Assembly: GCA_008632985.1 (NCBI GenBank)
Contig: QPGO01000100.1
Location: 238,388-302,387 of the forward strand
DNA length: 64,000 bases
Direction: 5' to 3'
Origin: Psammoneis japonica
Taxonomy: Eukaryota
Shown piece by piece: positions 25,380 to 38,309 of this stretch (the stretch's first letter is position 1; every line of letters begins with the position of its first letter). Below the pieces are notes generated by a model. The model had not been told where the DNA came from. It saw only the letters and a list, made by a program, of their open reading frames with translations, and made no database searches. Made by a program: the position numbers and the translations under genes.

Positions 25380-28070
25380 AGAAATCAACAGGACAGAGAG
25401 CTTGGGTGTGCTGGTTGCGAAAACCTGCCCAAGTGCTGGCAACTGTGTGTGACAACATGAGTGCACAGAGAATGAAAGAAAATCTTGATGAGAAAGATCT
25501 GCTCAGCTTTCCAAAAGGTTTGGTTGTCACCACCCATGTGCTGCAGCATGCATGCACAATCCATGGACTCAGCAAACACAGTCGCACAGAGCACACAACC
25601 TTCCTTGACATGTGGTGTCTCTGTGTGGACCCCGCAGGTCACAAAAGGAACAGACAATGCAGCGGCGCACCAGAAACACATGCTGGCCAAAAGTTGATGC
25701 AGCAGCAGACTGGACAGGGACAGCCAGAAGCAACTCAAAGCCAGAGTGCTGCAGCAATGCAGCAGGGGCAGCATGTCCTCAACAAAAAAAGCAAGGAATG
25801 TCCAAAAAAGCACTGGCTGCCTTTCTTTGCTGTTTGTGGTTAACTGCAAATGTCAAGAATCAGCAAAGCTCATGGAACCCATGCAACATGCCCAACTCTT
25901 CAAATGAGAGAGCTGGCCTGTTGTTGTTGCTTCTTGAATCCAACACAGAGAATGACATTGTTGTCACATGGCAAGAAAAACTGTGGTGATGCAGAAAACA
26001 TCAAGGGGTGTGTGTGAGCTGCCAACATGGTGCAAAGTCAGCCCCAGTGCACACCGGCAACAATGAAAAAAGCAAGTGTGCACACCTCTCTTTGCACACA
26101 CTGCTGCTGGTCTGTCAACAGCAGCTGTTGGTCAACAATGTCACACAATGACATGCTGGCAGTGTTGTTGAACTCATGGGGTGCAGGTCAGCAGTGTGTG
26201 AATGCTGGGTTGTGAGTGGGACATTTCCGGGTTTGCCACAGATGGGAGGTTCATCACAGTNNNNNNNNNNNNNNNNNNNNNNNNNNNNNNNNNNNNNNNN
26301 NNNNNNNNNNNNNNNNNNNNNNNNNNNNNNNNNNNNNNNNNNNNNNNNNNNNNNNNNNNNNNNNNNNNNNNNNNNNNNNNNNNNNNNNNNNNNNNNNNNN
26401 NNNNNNNNNNNNNNNNNNNNNNNNNNNNNNNNNNNNNNNNNNNNNNNNNNNNNNNNNNNNNNNNNNNNNNNNCCCCCCCCCCTCCTTTTCTTGCACACAG
26501 CAATGGAGGGTGAGGGCCTTTTGAAGAGCTGGCTCTTCATTGTGAGTGCAAAGATGATGATGGCAGCAGGGAAGGAGAACAATGTCCAGCTGTGCTGTGC
26601 AATCTCAGAGGCAAGGTGTGGCAACTGCACCCAGCCAATGCAGTGCCACAAAGTTGCAGCAAGAGCAAACAGCCTCAGTGCCACAGAAATCTTTTGTGTG
26701 AGTCACAACAATGCTGGGGGTGCAGCCAGCTTCAGCCCTTTCATTTGCCCAGAGAAGGTCTCAATGCTGTGCCACCTGCCTGCGCAGCACTTCTAAACTT
26801 TGCTTTTTGCTTTGATTTTTTTTGGGTCTCCACCAGCAGCTGTGCAGGCTGCCATGAAAGCTGCCCAGTGTCCCCTTTTTGTCATCAGGAAAGAGAACAG
26901 TTCTTTCACTGAGTGCAAAAAATCAGCATCTGAAAAAGAGTGAAGCTTGGTTGTGTCCATGTGAAAGCATTGCCATTGTTTGAGAGCACTTTCTGTTGGA
27001 TTGTTCAAGCTGAAGCCTGCACTTTGTTTTTTGGATCTCACATTTTTGGCAACAACAACACTCGCTTGTTGTGTTGGCTTGAGCTGGGATTTCCTGCAGC
27101 TGTGCCACTTTTGTTGAATTTGCAAGCATGTGTTGCTCAAAAGTGCACTTGTTGAGAAAGCAACAACCCAACCAACATTGATTCAAGCATGTCAGTTGGA
27201 AGCAGTGGTGTGGTGACAAATGTTGAAAAGACCTCTGTTGTAGAATGAGAAATTTTTCTGCCTTGCAGCAAAGCAAAGTCATGGATGTGAAAATAAAAAA
27301 AAGCAAGGGGAAAAACAGGTACCTGACATCATTGGGAGGGCAGGCAGGATGGAAAGGTTTTGAGTGCCAAAGTCATTTGGGTGCAGCCCATTTTCCCACC
27401 ACACCATTGGTTTTTGTTTGACCCAGTTGAGGATTTGATTTTGAGGACTGGTGACTTGAAGAGGAGTTTGTGATGCTCAAAGATTCTGTTGGAGCACCAG
27501 ATTGCTTTGACTGGTCTCTGAGAGAACAAGTTGACAAGACAGAGTGATGGTGTGTGGCTGCTGACAAATGACAGAGACAAGCTGACAAAGACTTCCCAAG
27601 CGCTGGCAACTGTGTGTGACAAATGTGAGTGCAGAGAGAATGAGAAGATCTCACAAAGGAAATCTGCTCAGCTGCCCGAATGGTTTGACCATCATCCATG
27701 GGCAGCATGAACAACAAAGTCTGTGGGCTTTGCAGCTCACAAGATGGAAGCATCTGTGTTGTTGACCCTGCAGGTCACAGCAAAAAGGGGGCAGCACAAC
27801 AGCACATTGTGTGGACACACACATTTAAAGGCAAGGCAACAACAGACTGGACAACAATGTGTCATTGGTGGCAAGTGCTGTCCATTTGTGATGTGCAAGG
27901 GCATGGCAAATGAACAGCAAAAAACAGGTTTTTGGATGACTGCAAGTGCCAATCAGCACAGCTCATGGCAAGTCAAGCAACATGCCCGACTCTTCAAAAG
28001 AGAGTCATTGTCTTGCTGAAATCTGGCACAGAGAAGATCATTGTCACACAAGACAAAAACACACTGTGAA
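25380..28070 (+). repeat. Dispersed degenerate repeat A (copies about 25380-25990 and 27520-28070)
   Basis: Shared cccaag.gctggcaactgtgtgtgacaa...atctgctcagct...gaccc.gcaggtcaca...cagca.agctcatgg...caacatgccc.actcttcaaa.gagag. Confidence 0.8.
26261..26471. other. Assembly gap (N run)
   Basis: Run of n characters. Confidence 1.
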
Positions 28071-30150
28071 GAACAACATGAGGGGCATTTCAACCTCACA
28101 CATGTGAACCACACAATTGTCAAGTGTTTGCCTCATGTGACAACAAATGCGATGCACAAACAAATGATTCCAGGAAGCATGAGAGTGCTGCAAAAAATGA
28201 TCACACACTCTCTTCCCTCAAAACACCCACAAAATTGCATCCAGGTTGAGCCCAGGTTCTGGATGATCAGAACTTTTCCCTGCCAACCATCAGAGTCATT
28301 GCTCTGAATGCTTTTCTTGATGTGAGGTGCTGAGTGCAAAATCAAGCTGTGTTGGTGCCACAGTGGTTGTCACCTGCACAAGTGGATGTGCAGTGCTGTG
28401 CGAAATGCCTGACACACAGCAGAGCAGAGACCGGAAAACACACAAGAGGTGCACACCAAATGTTCATTGAAGGTGATGTGGGGGCAATGACAAATTGTGG
28501 CAAGGTTCCCTTGTGTCAATGCTGTGATGACAACCAACAATCTCAAGCAAGTTCTGCAATGCACAAACAAGTCCAAGCCCAAGCTGCATCAGATGACATG
28601 GCTGGTGCATTTCAAGGCAATGCACATGCCAGATGATCAGGCTGCCAATTCCAGATTGCACACATCCACTGGATGATCAAAACAACTTCTCCTTGTCAAA
28701 CAGGAGAGTTGGCACTCTCTGTGTGGGTGCGCTTTTGGGAATGCAACAAGTTGCTGCTGCTCAGTGCAAGCAAACAGCACTGGGTGCTACAAAATGGTTG
28801 TCTGCAAACCAATGACACAGATCAGCAGAAATGCCCAGCATGCAGCAGGAGGGCAGAGACTGAAAAACACAAATGAGGCACCCATCGTCATGTGCTCATT
28901 GAGGTTGCTGTAGGTTGTGGCACTGTGATGAGATTTTCTTGTGTGCACGCCACAATGATGGTCAACAATCTCAAGCAAGTTTTGCAACAAGCAAGTCCAA
29001 ACTGCATGAAATGCATGGCAGACCTCAGCAGGGGACACATGCACAGGCAGCACCATGCTGCATCAACCAACTGCAAGTGCGCTCTCAAATGAGCAAGTCC
29101 ACTCTGCACAAAAAATGTGGTGCAATTCAGCAGGAAATGCACACAGAGGTTGTGTGGTGCTGCATCAACCAACTGCAAAGAATGCACAAAACAAAAAAAA
29201 CAAAAACAAGAAGCTTGGGCAGTGACCAGCAGGTGCAGCACCAGCAAAAAATGTCTGGCATTTGTGTTTGCAGAAAACAAGTGTTGGTGCACACACCACA
29301 GATGTGGTGCCAGTGTGCACACCAGCAACAAAATGTCGCAAATGGAAGAGCAAATGGGCACAGCCCTCACACATGCTGCTGGTCACAATGGACAGTTGTC
29401 AGCTGACAGCACTGACATGGGGTTGTTGCACCCAGTCAATGATGCGGCAGGTCAGCACAAAAATGTTGGGTGGCTTGCAGAACCTTTTTTGCATCTGCAG
29501 CAGGTGAGAGGCTTGTTGATGATGGACCCCTCCTCTGATGGTGTCACAGGGTTAAAACAAAGCCTCTGAAGGGACACCACAGAGAGGTTGTTGAGGTGGT
29601 GTGGCAGAGTGGACCCAGAGAAAACCACAGTGTGTCTTTGTGAAAATTGTGTTGTGCCCCTGTTTTTGGAGAAAAATGCAACAAGGAGTGCTGCAGCCCA
29701 CCTTGACTGAGGAGTGGGTTTTGCCAAAAGGCACCTGGGCAGGTGAGAGATGTTGAGAGTTGCACATGGTGGCTGTCAGAATCAGAAAAGAGAGCAGTTT
29801 GAGCCAAGTGAAAAAAATGCATCTGAAAAAAAGTGGAGCTTCATGTTCATGTGAAAGCACCGCCATTGGCAGACAGCACTGTCTGTTGGGTCACTCAAGC
29901 TGAATCCCACACTTCATTTTTTGGATCTCACATTTTGGGTGACAACAACTCAGTTGCTGTGTTGACTTGAACTGAGTTTCCAGCAGCAGCTGCGCTGCTT
30001 TTGCAAGCACATGTGGCTCAAAAAAAGTGTGCATGACAACAACACCACCCAATCAACATTGACTCAAGTGTGTCAGTTGGAAGCAGTGGTGGTGGCAAAT
30101 GTTGACGAGACCTTTGTTGTCAATGAGAAATTTCTGACTTGCAGTGAAGT
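26920..30150 (+). repeat. Dispersed degenerate repeat B (copies about 26920-27265 and 29810-30145)
   Basis: Shared catgtgaaagca..gccattg...ttttttggatctcacatttt...caacattga.tcaag..tgtcagttggaagcagtggtg...aatgagaaattt. Confidence 0.85.
28460..29060 (+). repeat. Degenerate repeat C (copies about 28460-28635 and 28895-29050)
   Basis: Shared caacaatctcaagcaagtt.tgcaa....caagtccaa and flanking sequence. Confidence 0.7.
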
Positions 30151-31630
30151 GCTGAAGTGGCCATGAAAATGAGACACCACCCACCCATGCCATTGCTGCT
30201 CTGCTTTGTAATGTGAAGCTTCTTTGCACTTGTTTGCAGGCTTCTTGGTTGTGTTGCACTCTGCCTGCAAGAAATTTCTGCACTGCAACAAAGCAGAGTG
30301 GTGATTTCAAAACCGAGACACCACCAATGCCTTTGTTCCACTTGCCAAGGACATGGGGGCTGTCACTCTTGTCTGTGGGCTGCTTGGTTGCCACACACAT
30401 GCTTTGCCTCATGGCTGGAGAGTGAAAAGTTGCTCTTTTGTCCCTGCACCAAAGCTGACATGGACAACTTCAAGTGCAGACAAAAACATCAATTGTGTGG
30501 TCTCAGCTCCTGCTGTTTGGCCCAGCAACACTGGCTCTGTGTGTCATGGACCTCCGCTCCCCATCACATCAAAGATGTGACAGGAACAACCAATGCAGCA
30601 ATGTTTTGAGTCAAGGTGGGATTTGGCTGGGTGCTTCTTGTTGCACAGCACCAAATGTTTTTGCCATGACTGAATGATGAACAAGCCAGTGGGGGTCTCG
30701 CAGCTGTCAACAAAAATCACAGCAGAAAAAATGTGCCTGTCTTCAAATGTCAGCTTCAGAAAATCCAACCTGAAGGGTGCAAGGGCTTTGAAGAGCCATT
30801 TCTGGATTGGAGAGCTGCCTTGGAGGAGAATGCATCTTGTCTGGAAAAAAGGCCTGGGAAGTTGCCAACAAATGTTGGGAGAAGGAAAGTGCTGGGAAGT
30901 CTTGACAAGAGTCTCAGAGAAGCACCAAAAATGGAAAGATTGGCCCCGTTCAATGCTTGGAATGCAGTCACACATGTGGAAAACAACAGCTGCAGAGGTG
31001 CTCATTTTGTCTTGAGAACTCAAACAAAAAAGACAAAAAATGTGAGAATGTCTTGGATGCAGCATGTCTTGGATGCAGAATTGTGCAGAGGAGGTGTGCA
31101 GCCATTGGGGGTGAGAACACAAGAAGAGAAATCACCATGGCAGTGATGCTGCACCCAAATGAATTTGGAATGGAGTGTCACCTCTAACACCTGCACAACA
31201 TCTCCATCATGGCACAACTGCCAAGCACTCCAAAGTGACTGAGGAAGCTGCCTGGCACAATGCCCAACTCTTGCACAGGACAGCCATGTGGCTGCTTGCA
31301 CAAAAAAACAGCTGCAAAGTGCAGACATCACATGTTGTGAGAACCATCCACCCCGTTGTCACCAAGGCTTTTGTGCAGCCAGCATTTGGCAAATCAACAG
31401 TGAAGAGTGTCATGTCAAAAGCTCTGCAGCTGGGCAATCTGAAGCGGAGAGCAAGAGAAAGAGTGAGACCAGCCATGACACCAGACAAAAAATGCAAAAG
31501 TTTCAAGAACCCAATCATCATGTTGAGCAATGAAAGCCACCTCCTCATTGATGCCCATGCTGGCAACCATCATTCTTGCCTCCTTGCCATGATGGCCATT
31601 GCTGAATGTTTTAGAACAAGAGCAAGTTCA

Positions 31631-32586
31631 CAGCAGCAGCAGCAGCAGCAGCAGCAGCATCCACTGTCCGAAATCCACCATCCAGAATCTGCCATCCAGA
31701 ATCCGCCATCCACCATCCACCATCCGCCATCCAGCATCCACCATCCCGCATCCACCACCCACCATCCACCATCCATCATCCACCATCCACCATCCACCAT
31801 CCACCATCCACCATCTGCTGTCCACTGTCCACCATCCAGCATCCTCCATCCACCATCCATCATCCAATGTCCAGCATCCAGCATCCAGCATCCGCCATCC
31901 AGCATGCACCATCCAGCATCCACCATTTGCCATCCAGCATGCACCATCCACCATCCGCCATCTGCCATCCACCATTTGCCATCCAGCACCCAGCATCCAC
32001 CATCCTCCATCCAGCATCCACCATCCGCCATCCAGCATCCACCATCCACCATCCACCATCCATCATCCACCATCCGCCATCCATCATCCATCATCCATCA
32101 TCCACCATCCACCATCCAGCATCCACCATCCAGCATCCAGCACCCACCATCCGCCATCCGCCATCCAGCATCCAGCATCCACCATCCACCATCCACCATC
32201 CAGCATCCATCATTCACCATCCACCATCCACCATCCAGCATCCACCATCCAGCATCCAGCATCCATCATCCACCATCCGCCATCCAGCATCCACCATCCG
32301 CCATCCACCATCCTGCACCCACCATCCACCATCCCGCATCCACCATCCCACATCCACCATCCACCATCCAGCATCCACCATCCAGCATCCACCATCCGCC
32401 ATCCGCCATCCAGCATCCACCATCCAGCATCCACCATCCACCATCCGCCATCCACCATCCACCATCTGCCATGCACCATCAAACATCCACCATCCACTGT
32501 CCACCATCCAGCATCCACCACCCACCATCTGCTGTCCACTGTCCACCATCCAGCATCCAGCATCCACCACCCGCCATCCACCATCC
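31631..32586 (+). repeat. (CAG)9 followed by a roughly 0.9 kb 7-bp satellite (TCCACCA/TCCAGCA/TCCGCCA)n
   Basis: Directly visible heptamer tandem array; gives HHPPSSI-type translations. Confidence 0.95.
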
Positions 32587-33577
32587 AAAAAAAAAACGAA
32601 ATCTGTTTTACCACTGCCTCGCTGCTGCCCACACCAACACCTGCCATGGCAGATGCACATTCCCCAGCACCCACAAAGGGCAGCAGGGACAATTTGAACA
32701 CTGTGAACGTTGTCAGAAAGACAGTGCCATTAACACGTTGTCCGAAGGCAATGCCGTTAGTGCATCATCAGAAAGTGGCTGTTTGTTTTAAGTCAGAATG
32801 GCACCAACTGGATGCTTGTTGCACGGCAGCACAGTTGCTGTGCCTCAAAGAATGGACAAGCCCAGCCACACCACTTGGGAGACACCAAAACAAACACGGC
32901 AGAAAACTGAAACACATGTCTGTCTCCAAAGACAATTTGCTTGAAGAGAATGTGAATGAAATTCCTGGCATGAAACCATCCAGGAAGTCGCTCCAACACG
33001 GACCCCAACGATGAAAGGAAATGATGATCGCGGAAAACACCATCACACGTAGAATTGCACAGGAATTGTGCACTGAAGCTGCAGCATCGAAGTGCAAAAA
33101 GAGCAAACACTCAGACCTGGAAATGCTGGCCACTTGAAAGACTTATGAAGACCCACTTTGAAGTGCTGCCGTGCAGTGTTGATCATGACATTGAATTGCA
33201 CTGTAAAGAAAACTTGGAGGAAGAACGTTGGCAAGAAAACCAAAGGATGAAACTTGAAACGGTCTCGACTCAAAATTCTGGCCAAACGTGCAGAATTGCA
33301 CATGGAATTTGCACTGTAACAACTGACTTGGAAATTGCTGAATCACGTAGAAACCAATGCATAAAACACACTGACACATGGAAAGAAAATGCAAAGAGAT
33401 GCGACACCATGGCGGTGCCGCCCCCCCGAATGTAGACACAACAGAGTGTCCCCTCCGATGCCTTTTGGTTTCTCTGTCATTGGTGCAACTGCCTGACGTC
33501 CCAAAGTGCCCGAAGAGGTTGGCATGCCACCGCACTCTCACACGGGACAATCCTGCAGGTGCTTGAGCAGAATTGTG

Positions 33578-33932
33578 CCATCCACCATCCAGCATCCAGC
33601 ACCCACCATCCACTGTCCACCATCTGACTGCCATCCACCATCCAGCATCTGCCATCCAGCATCCACCATTCAGCATCCGCCATCTGCCATCAACCATCTG
33701 CCATCCACCATCCACCATCAACCATCCAGCATCTGGCACCCAGCATCCACTGTCCAGCATCTGCCCTCCAGCGCGCAGCATCCATCATCCAGCATCCACC
33801 ATCCAGCATCCCCAGCACTCACCACCCACCATCCTCCAACCACCTTCCATTGCCCACCACTCAACATCCAGCATCCAGCACCCAGCATCTGCCATCTGGC
33901 ATCTGCCATTCACCATCCAGCATCCACCATCC
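33578..33932 (+). repeat. Second, more degenerate array of the same 7-bp satellite
   Basis: catccac/catccag/catctgc units. Confidence 0.92.
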
Positions 33933-36824
33933 ATTGGGGCCATTTTTTCCAATGCTGTCAGCCCATCACTGCCTTCTCTCACCACAGACTGTGCCACCAT
34001 GCAGGGTGTGCTCAACAACAAAATTAACACATTGACCTCAACAACAAGTTGACAGAGTTGCCTTGTCAGCAGTGCCAGCATGAGAGTTCACAACAGCACA
34101 GGTTGTGTGAGGCATGCACCCAATGACTCCGTGAAAAAGAGGGTGACAAGAGTTGTGCTGCAGCATGATGGCAGAAAAAGTTCCGGGTCATTTGGGAGGA
34201 TGTCGTTTCTAATGTGAATGCCGGCTTTTCAAGATGTTGAAAGAATTTTTGTTTGGGGTTGCAGTTTGGAATTTGAGTGAAAAAGATCATTGGATGTGTG
34301 AAATGACACGACAAATGCACAAATGTTTGCAACAATTGTGCTGCGATTGTGCATTTGACGCTGGATGCAGTTGTTGATGATGGCACTTGTTGGTGTTTGG
34401 GCTCAGTTCATGCTGCAGTTTGTGGGTGATGTCAAGTCTTAGATCTCATTGACCAACTTGCAATGTTGACTGCTCATCTCAATTGTCACAGAACAGAAGA
34501 ACAACTGTCTCTCAGAAAAAGACAGAAAGAAAGGAAGAACATGAGTGCAATTGAGAGTTGCAGGATGCACCCACCCCCCTTGTTCCCATTCAATCCTGCT
34601 GCATCATTTTGTGTCTCCATCAAATGTTTTGGTGAAAATTGCACTGCATGCCTTCTGACCCTGTGGTGTGGCAAGGAGACAATGGGTTTGCATTCTGGAC
34701 TCTGACTCAGATTCACACATCAATGATCTCTTCCCACATGGACAGTTGCTTTCAGTTAAGATGTGCATGATGGACTGCAAAACTTGCTGTCAAAGACTGC
34801 TGGCTTGTGAAAAATTCTGACAATTCCAAGAGACCAAGAGACAGCTCCCCTGAACTAACTCATCATGTTGTTTCCTGGACAACGCCATGCTGCAGAAGAA
34901 ACAAAAGGGAAACAACTCAATTTGGACACGCAAAAATGTGAAAAAAATGAACCTCAAGTCCCAACAAGTTGGTGGCACCATTTTGTGCTTCATGGTGCAA
35001 AGCAACCCTTGTGAGATTGCACTTGTGAAGATTTGAAGAATGTTGAAAAAAGAGCGAACTTGGTTTGCACCATGAGCATGTGAATGACATTGATGCAGAT
35101 CCCAGCTGATGATTTCAAGCTGACTTGACACATTGTTTCAAAACCAAGAGCTTGGCTGGACACTTTGAAGGAAACGGGCATGTCATTTGGGACTTGCACA
35201 TTGTTGAAAAAGGGTGTTTTAATGCTGCTGGATTGTTGTCACACATTGGGTCCCAACAAGGAAAGAATCCCACAGTGTGTGCAGCCTGGTGTTGGAGAAT
35301 GCAAATGCAACAGGAGCATGCAATGTCTGTGACTTTGCTGGAACCATCAAAGGCAAGAGAGTCAACATCTTCAACATTGTTGTCTTGAACCCAGTTGTGC
35401 AGGCACCATGCACAGCACCAGAGGGCTTGCTGTAAAACCACCATCTCATGCTGTCAAGCAAGCTGTCAGTGGTGCCATCATCCAAGCACTGGCTCATGTT
35501 GGTGGCCTTGTTGGAGAACACACAAAAGGAGGACATTCAGAGAAATGCAGTGCAGAATGCATTGGTGTCAAAGCAATTGAACCATGGGGACACTGCGGCA
35601 GATTGCTGGGAACCTTTGTGCTTGGTGGAACAATTGGCAACAGTTTTGTGGGAGGTGGTGTCACTGAATGTGGAGATTGAGTCAGTGGCCTTGTTGGACT
35701 CTTGTCTGCTGACAGCCTTGTTTCAAGCAGCTGTGCATGCGGCGGCATCAAAGTGAATGGTGACAATCACAAAAAAGCAACCCTCCAGTTGGCGGTGGTC
35801 TTGTTGGGTGGAACACAGGTTCAATCCAGAACAGCTTTGCACTGGAAAAATTTCCAGTGGGTCCAGGGCATGTCTTGGGATGCTCATGGGTTAGATCTGA
35901 CAAAAGGTCTTGTCTCACAACAACTGCTGCAGGACAGAGCCTCCAATTGGCACCAAGGTGCAGGCAAAAGTCATTGACGATCCAAGCTGCTTTTGAATTC
36001 AGGGCAATGAGCCAATGTTGAGCTGGAACATTGACACTTGGACTTTTGGAGTGAGCTTTTGCCCATCGCTCAAGTGTCGGAACACACATGGCCACCAGCA
36101 ATGAGCCCAAGCATTGTTTCCACTGGACGGTCAACAATGACAAGTGTGCCGTTGACAGGGCCACTGTCGTTCATCATTGTCTTGTTTGCCATGGCCTTCC
36201 CAAGTTGCCGACCAAGGCAACCGCATGCATCACTGCCAATTCCAATGACAGCATGTGAAGACTGCACTGCTGTCATTGTTGCGGGAACTTTGAAGAAGAT
36301 CACACAGCATCTGGGTTGCATCAAGCTTGAACTGCACAAAATTATCCAAATTGAAAAATCTAGAAAAACATTGTTCGAAAGGTCACGCGGGCGAAAAAGC
36401 TCTTGACGAAGCAACGGCACTTCACTCCCGCAAAGTCCCTGGCGCATACAATCTGTTGCAAGGTCTAAGAAATCAAGTCGGCGAAAAGGTTCGCTGAGGA
36501 CAAATGACTCTAGAAGACCAAAAGAGAATTGTGGCTGTCATCAATGAGGCACAGCATCTCATTGATCTATTGAATGCATTCTAGGGTTAACGCGAAAGAG
36601 CCTTTACGTTCTTCGATGCACCATTCACGGTGGCTTGTTTCCAGTAGAAAAAGAAAGGCGCTGAAAAATGTCAAGAAATGATGCTTTTCAAAAGTAGGGC
36701 CGTAGCTAGTACAAACTAAAAATGAGCGCTCTACTAGAAGTGTAATTCATTGTTAAATTTATCACATATCCATTAAAACTTCAAAACGCTAAAACTACTG
36801 TTGTACAGACAGATTCAAGTCAGT

Positions 36825-38309
36825 CTACTCCTCCGCCTTTTCACCTTCCTCTTCCTCCTTCTCACCCTCGTCTTCAATCGCCATGGTGGCCATTTTCTTC
36901 TGAATGTCACCAATCATATCGGTGACTTCAGGAGCAATCGCTTTGAGGTACGCCTCTTCCACCTCGTCATTGTCACCCAGGGTGGACACGACGCACATGA
37001 AATCAATGAGATCCGCCAAGGGCACGTCAATCCCCTTGCTGTACTTGATAAAGGCAAAGGCAAACTCCTCCGGATCAAGCTGTTGGTCGCCGTCCTGATC
37101 AAAGCCCAGCATGAGCAGGGCAGCCTCGGCAACCGAATCCTCCAAGGCCATGGCTTGCTGGAACTTGCGCATGGCAATCAGAAGCTCCTGATAGGAAATC
37201 TTGCCATCGTGGTTGGTATCCCACAAGTCAAAGAGCTGGCGCAAGCGCGTGTACTGAAGCGCCCCCGCGGCAATCACCGCGTCCTTCATGTCTTCGGCGG
37301 CATCGAGCGCCGCGTTAAAGGTGGCATCGGTAATGATGAGATGGGCAATCTGTTCTCCCGTCAAGACAGTCTCACGCGTCATGGCAACGGTCAAGTCGTC
37401 GGCAATGTCCTCAAACTTCTTGTCCGAGGCGGCACCAATGTTCATAATGAGCTTGGCAAACTCCGCATAGTCCAACGTACGGTTCTCATCTTCATCAAAC
37501 ATGAGCAAACAGTTGACGGCGGCTTTCTGTGGCGAGTCGAAAAAGAAAACAGTGAGCATAAGAAACACAATCTCGAGTTATCATCAGATTTGTAATTGCT
37601 GTACGGTACGTACCTCCGACGTCTCCAGATCGCCCGTGAGCGTGTAAAGCCCCAGCACAACCTCGGAAAAGTTGACGGAACCATCGCCGTCCAAATCAAA
37701 GAGCTGAAAGAGCGCAATCATGCGAGGATCCACCAGCACTCCATAGAATTCCCCACGAGACTTGACTTCGGCATCAATCTCGGGAGCCACAATCTCTCCG
37801 GCAATTTCCTCCACAATATCGTTTCCCTCGAGAAAGATCATTTGAAAGATTAAAAACTCCGAAAACTCGTGGAAGGTCCCTCCCATGGCTTCGGTAAGAG
37901 TGTCAGCACACGTTTTGAACTCATCCTTGTCTAGTTTGGCGTTCTTGTCTTTATCAAAAAGCGCCACCATATCAATGGCTCGGTCCAACGACTCGGCAAA
38001 GTCCATGTCGACATTGCGCTTACGAATACCGTCGGCAAGCTCACGCGCGTCAACGTATCCGTCGCCATCCTTGTCCAACAGACTAAAGAGCAAATCGAGT
38101 TTTTCCGCGTCGCTCATTTCGGCGAGGGAATCCAACAACTCGAGCGACGACATGAGCGCCGTCATTTGCATCATGATTTCGACGCGAGCGTTCTTGACAA
38201 AGTCGCTCACATTCTTGGCTTCCGATGCCTTCTTCTTGGCGGATTCCGTCGCGATAGACGACGCACGGAAGTTTTGCTGCGATTTGCGGAGATTGGGTTT
38301 CTCAGACAT
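36825..38309 (-). CDS. Multi-EF-hand calcium-binding protein, one intron (37527-37613)
   Basis: Loops DKDGDGYVDARE, DKDKNAKLDKDE, DLDGDGSVNFSE, DEDENRTLDYAE, DTNHDGKISYQE and DQDGDQQLDPEE; a GT..AG intron joins the two ORFs. Confidence 0.92.

Larger units (their letters stand above)
25200..36350. other. TpA/CpG-depleted degenerate block 2 containing dispersed repeats, satellites and an assembly gap
   Basis: About 11 kb with very few TA or CG; Tyr-free spurious ORFs in all frames; internal repeated segments. Confidence 0.85.

Noticed and set aside
25084..25611. 176-aa N-terminal extension of the P4H ORF (719 aa in the track)
   Set aside because: It runs into the TpA-free block, where TAA/TAG stops are depleted; the segment is Tyr-free, and MLRHR at 25083 precedes the membrane anchor as expected.
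31175..33014. Long His/Pro/Ser-rich ORFs (538, 471 and 276 aa) and Trp/Met/Gly-rich antisense ORFs
   Set aside because: Translations of the 7-bp satellite, open in most frames.
25385..36447. Dozens of Cys/His-rich ORFs that look like zinc-finger proteins
   Set aside because: Artefact of TG/CA enrichment and stop-codon loss; no coherent domain, and no transposase or reverse transcriptase motif could be recognised.
36801..37595. 264-aa plus-strand ORF and other antisense ORFs over real genes (e.g. 6319-7131 alternate frame, 14218-15194)
   Set aside because: Shadows of the EF-hand, CCCH and PT-repeat coding sequences.
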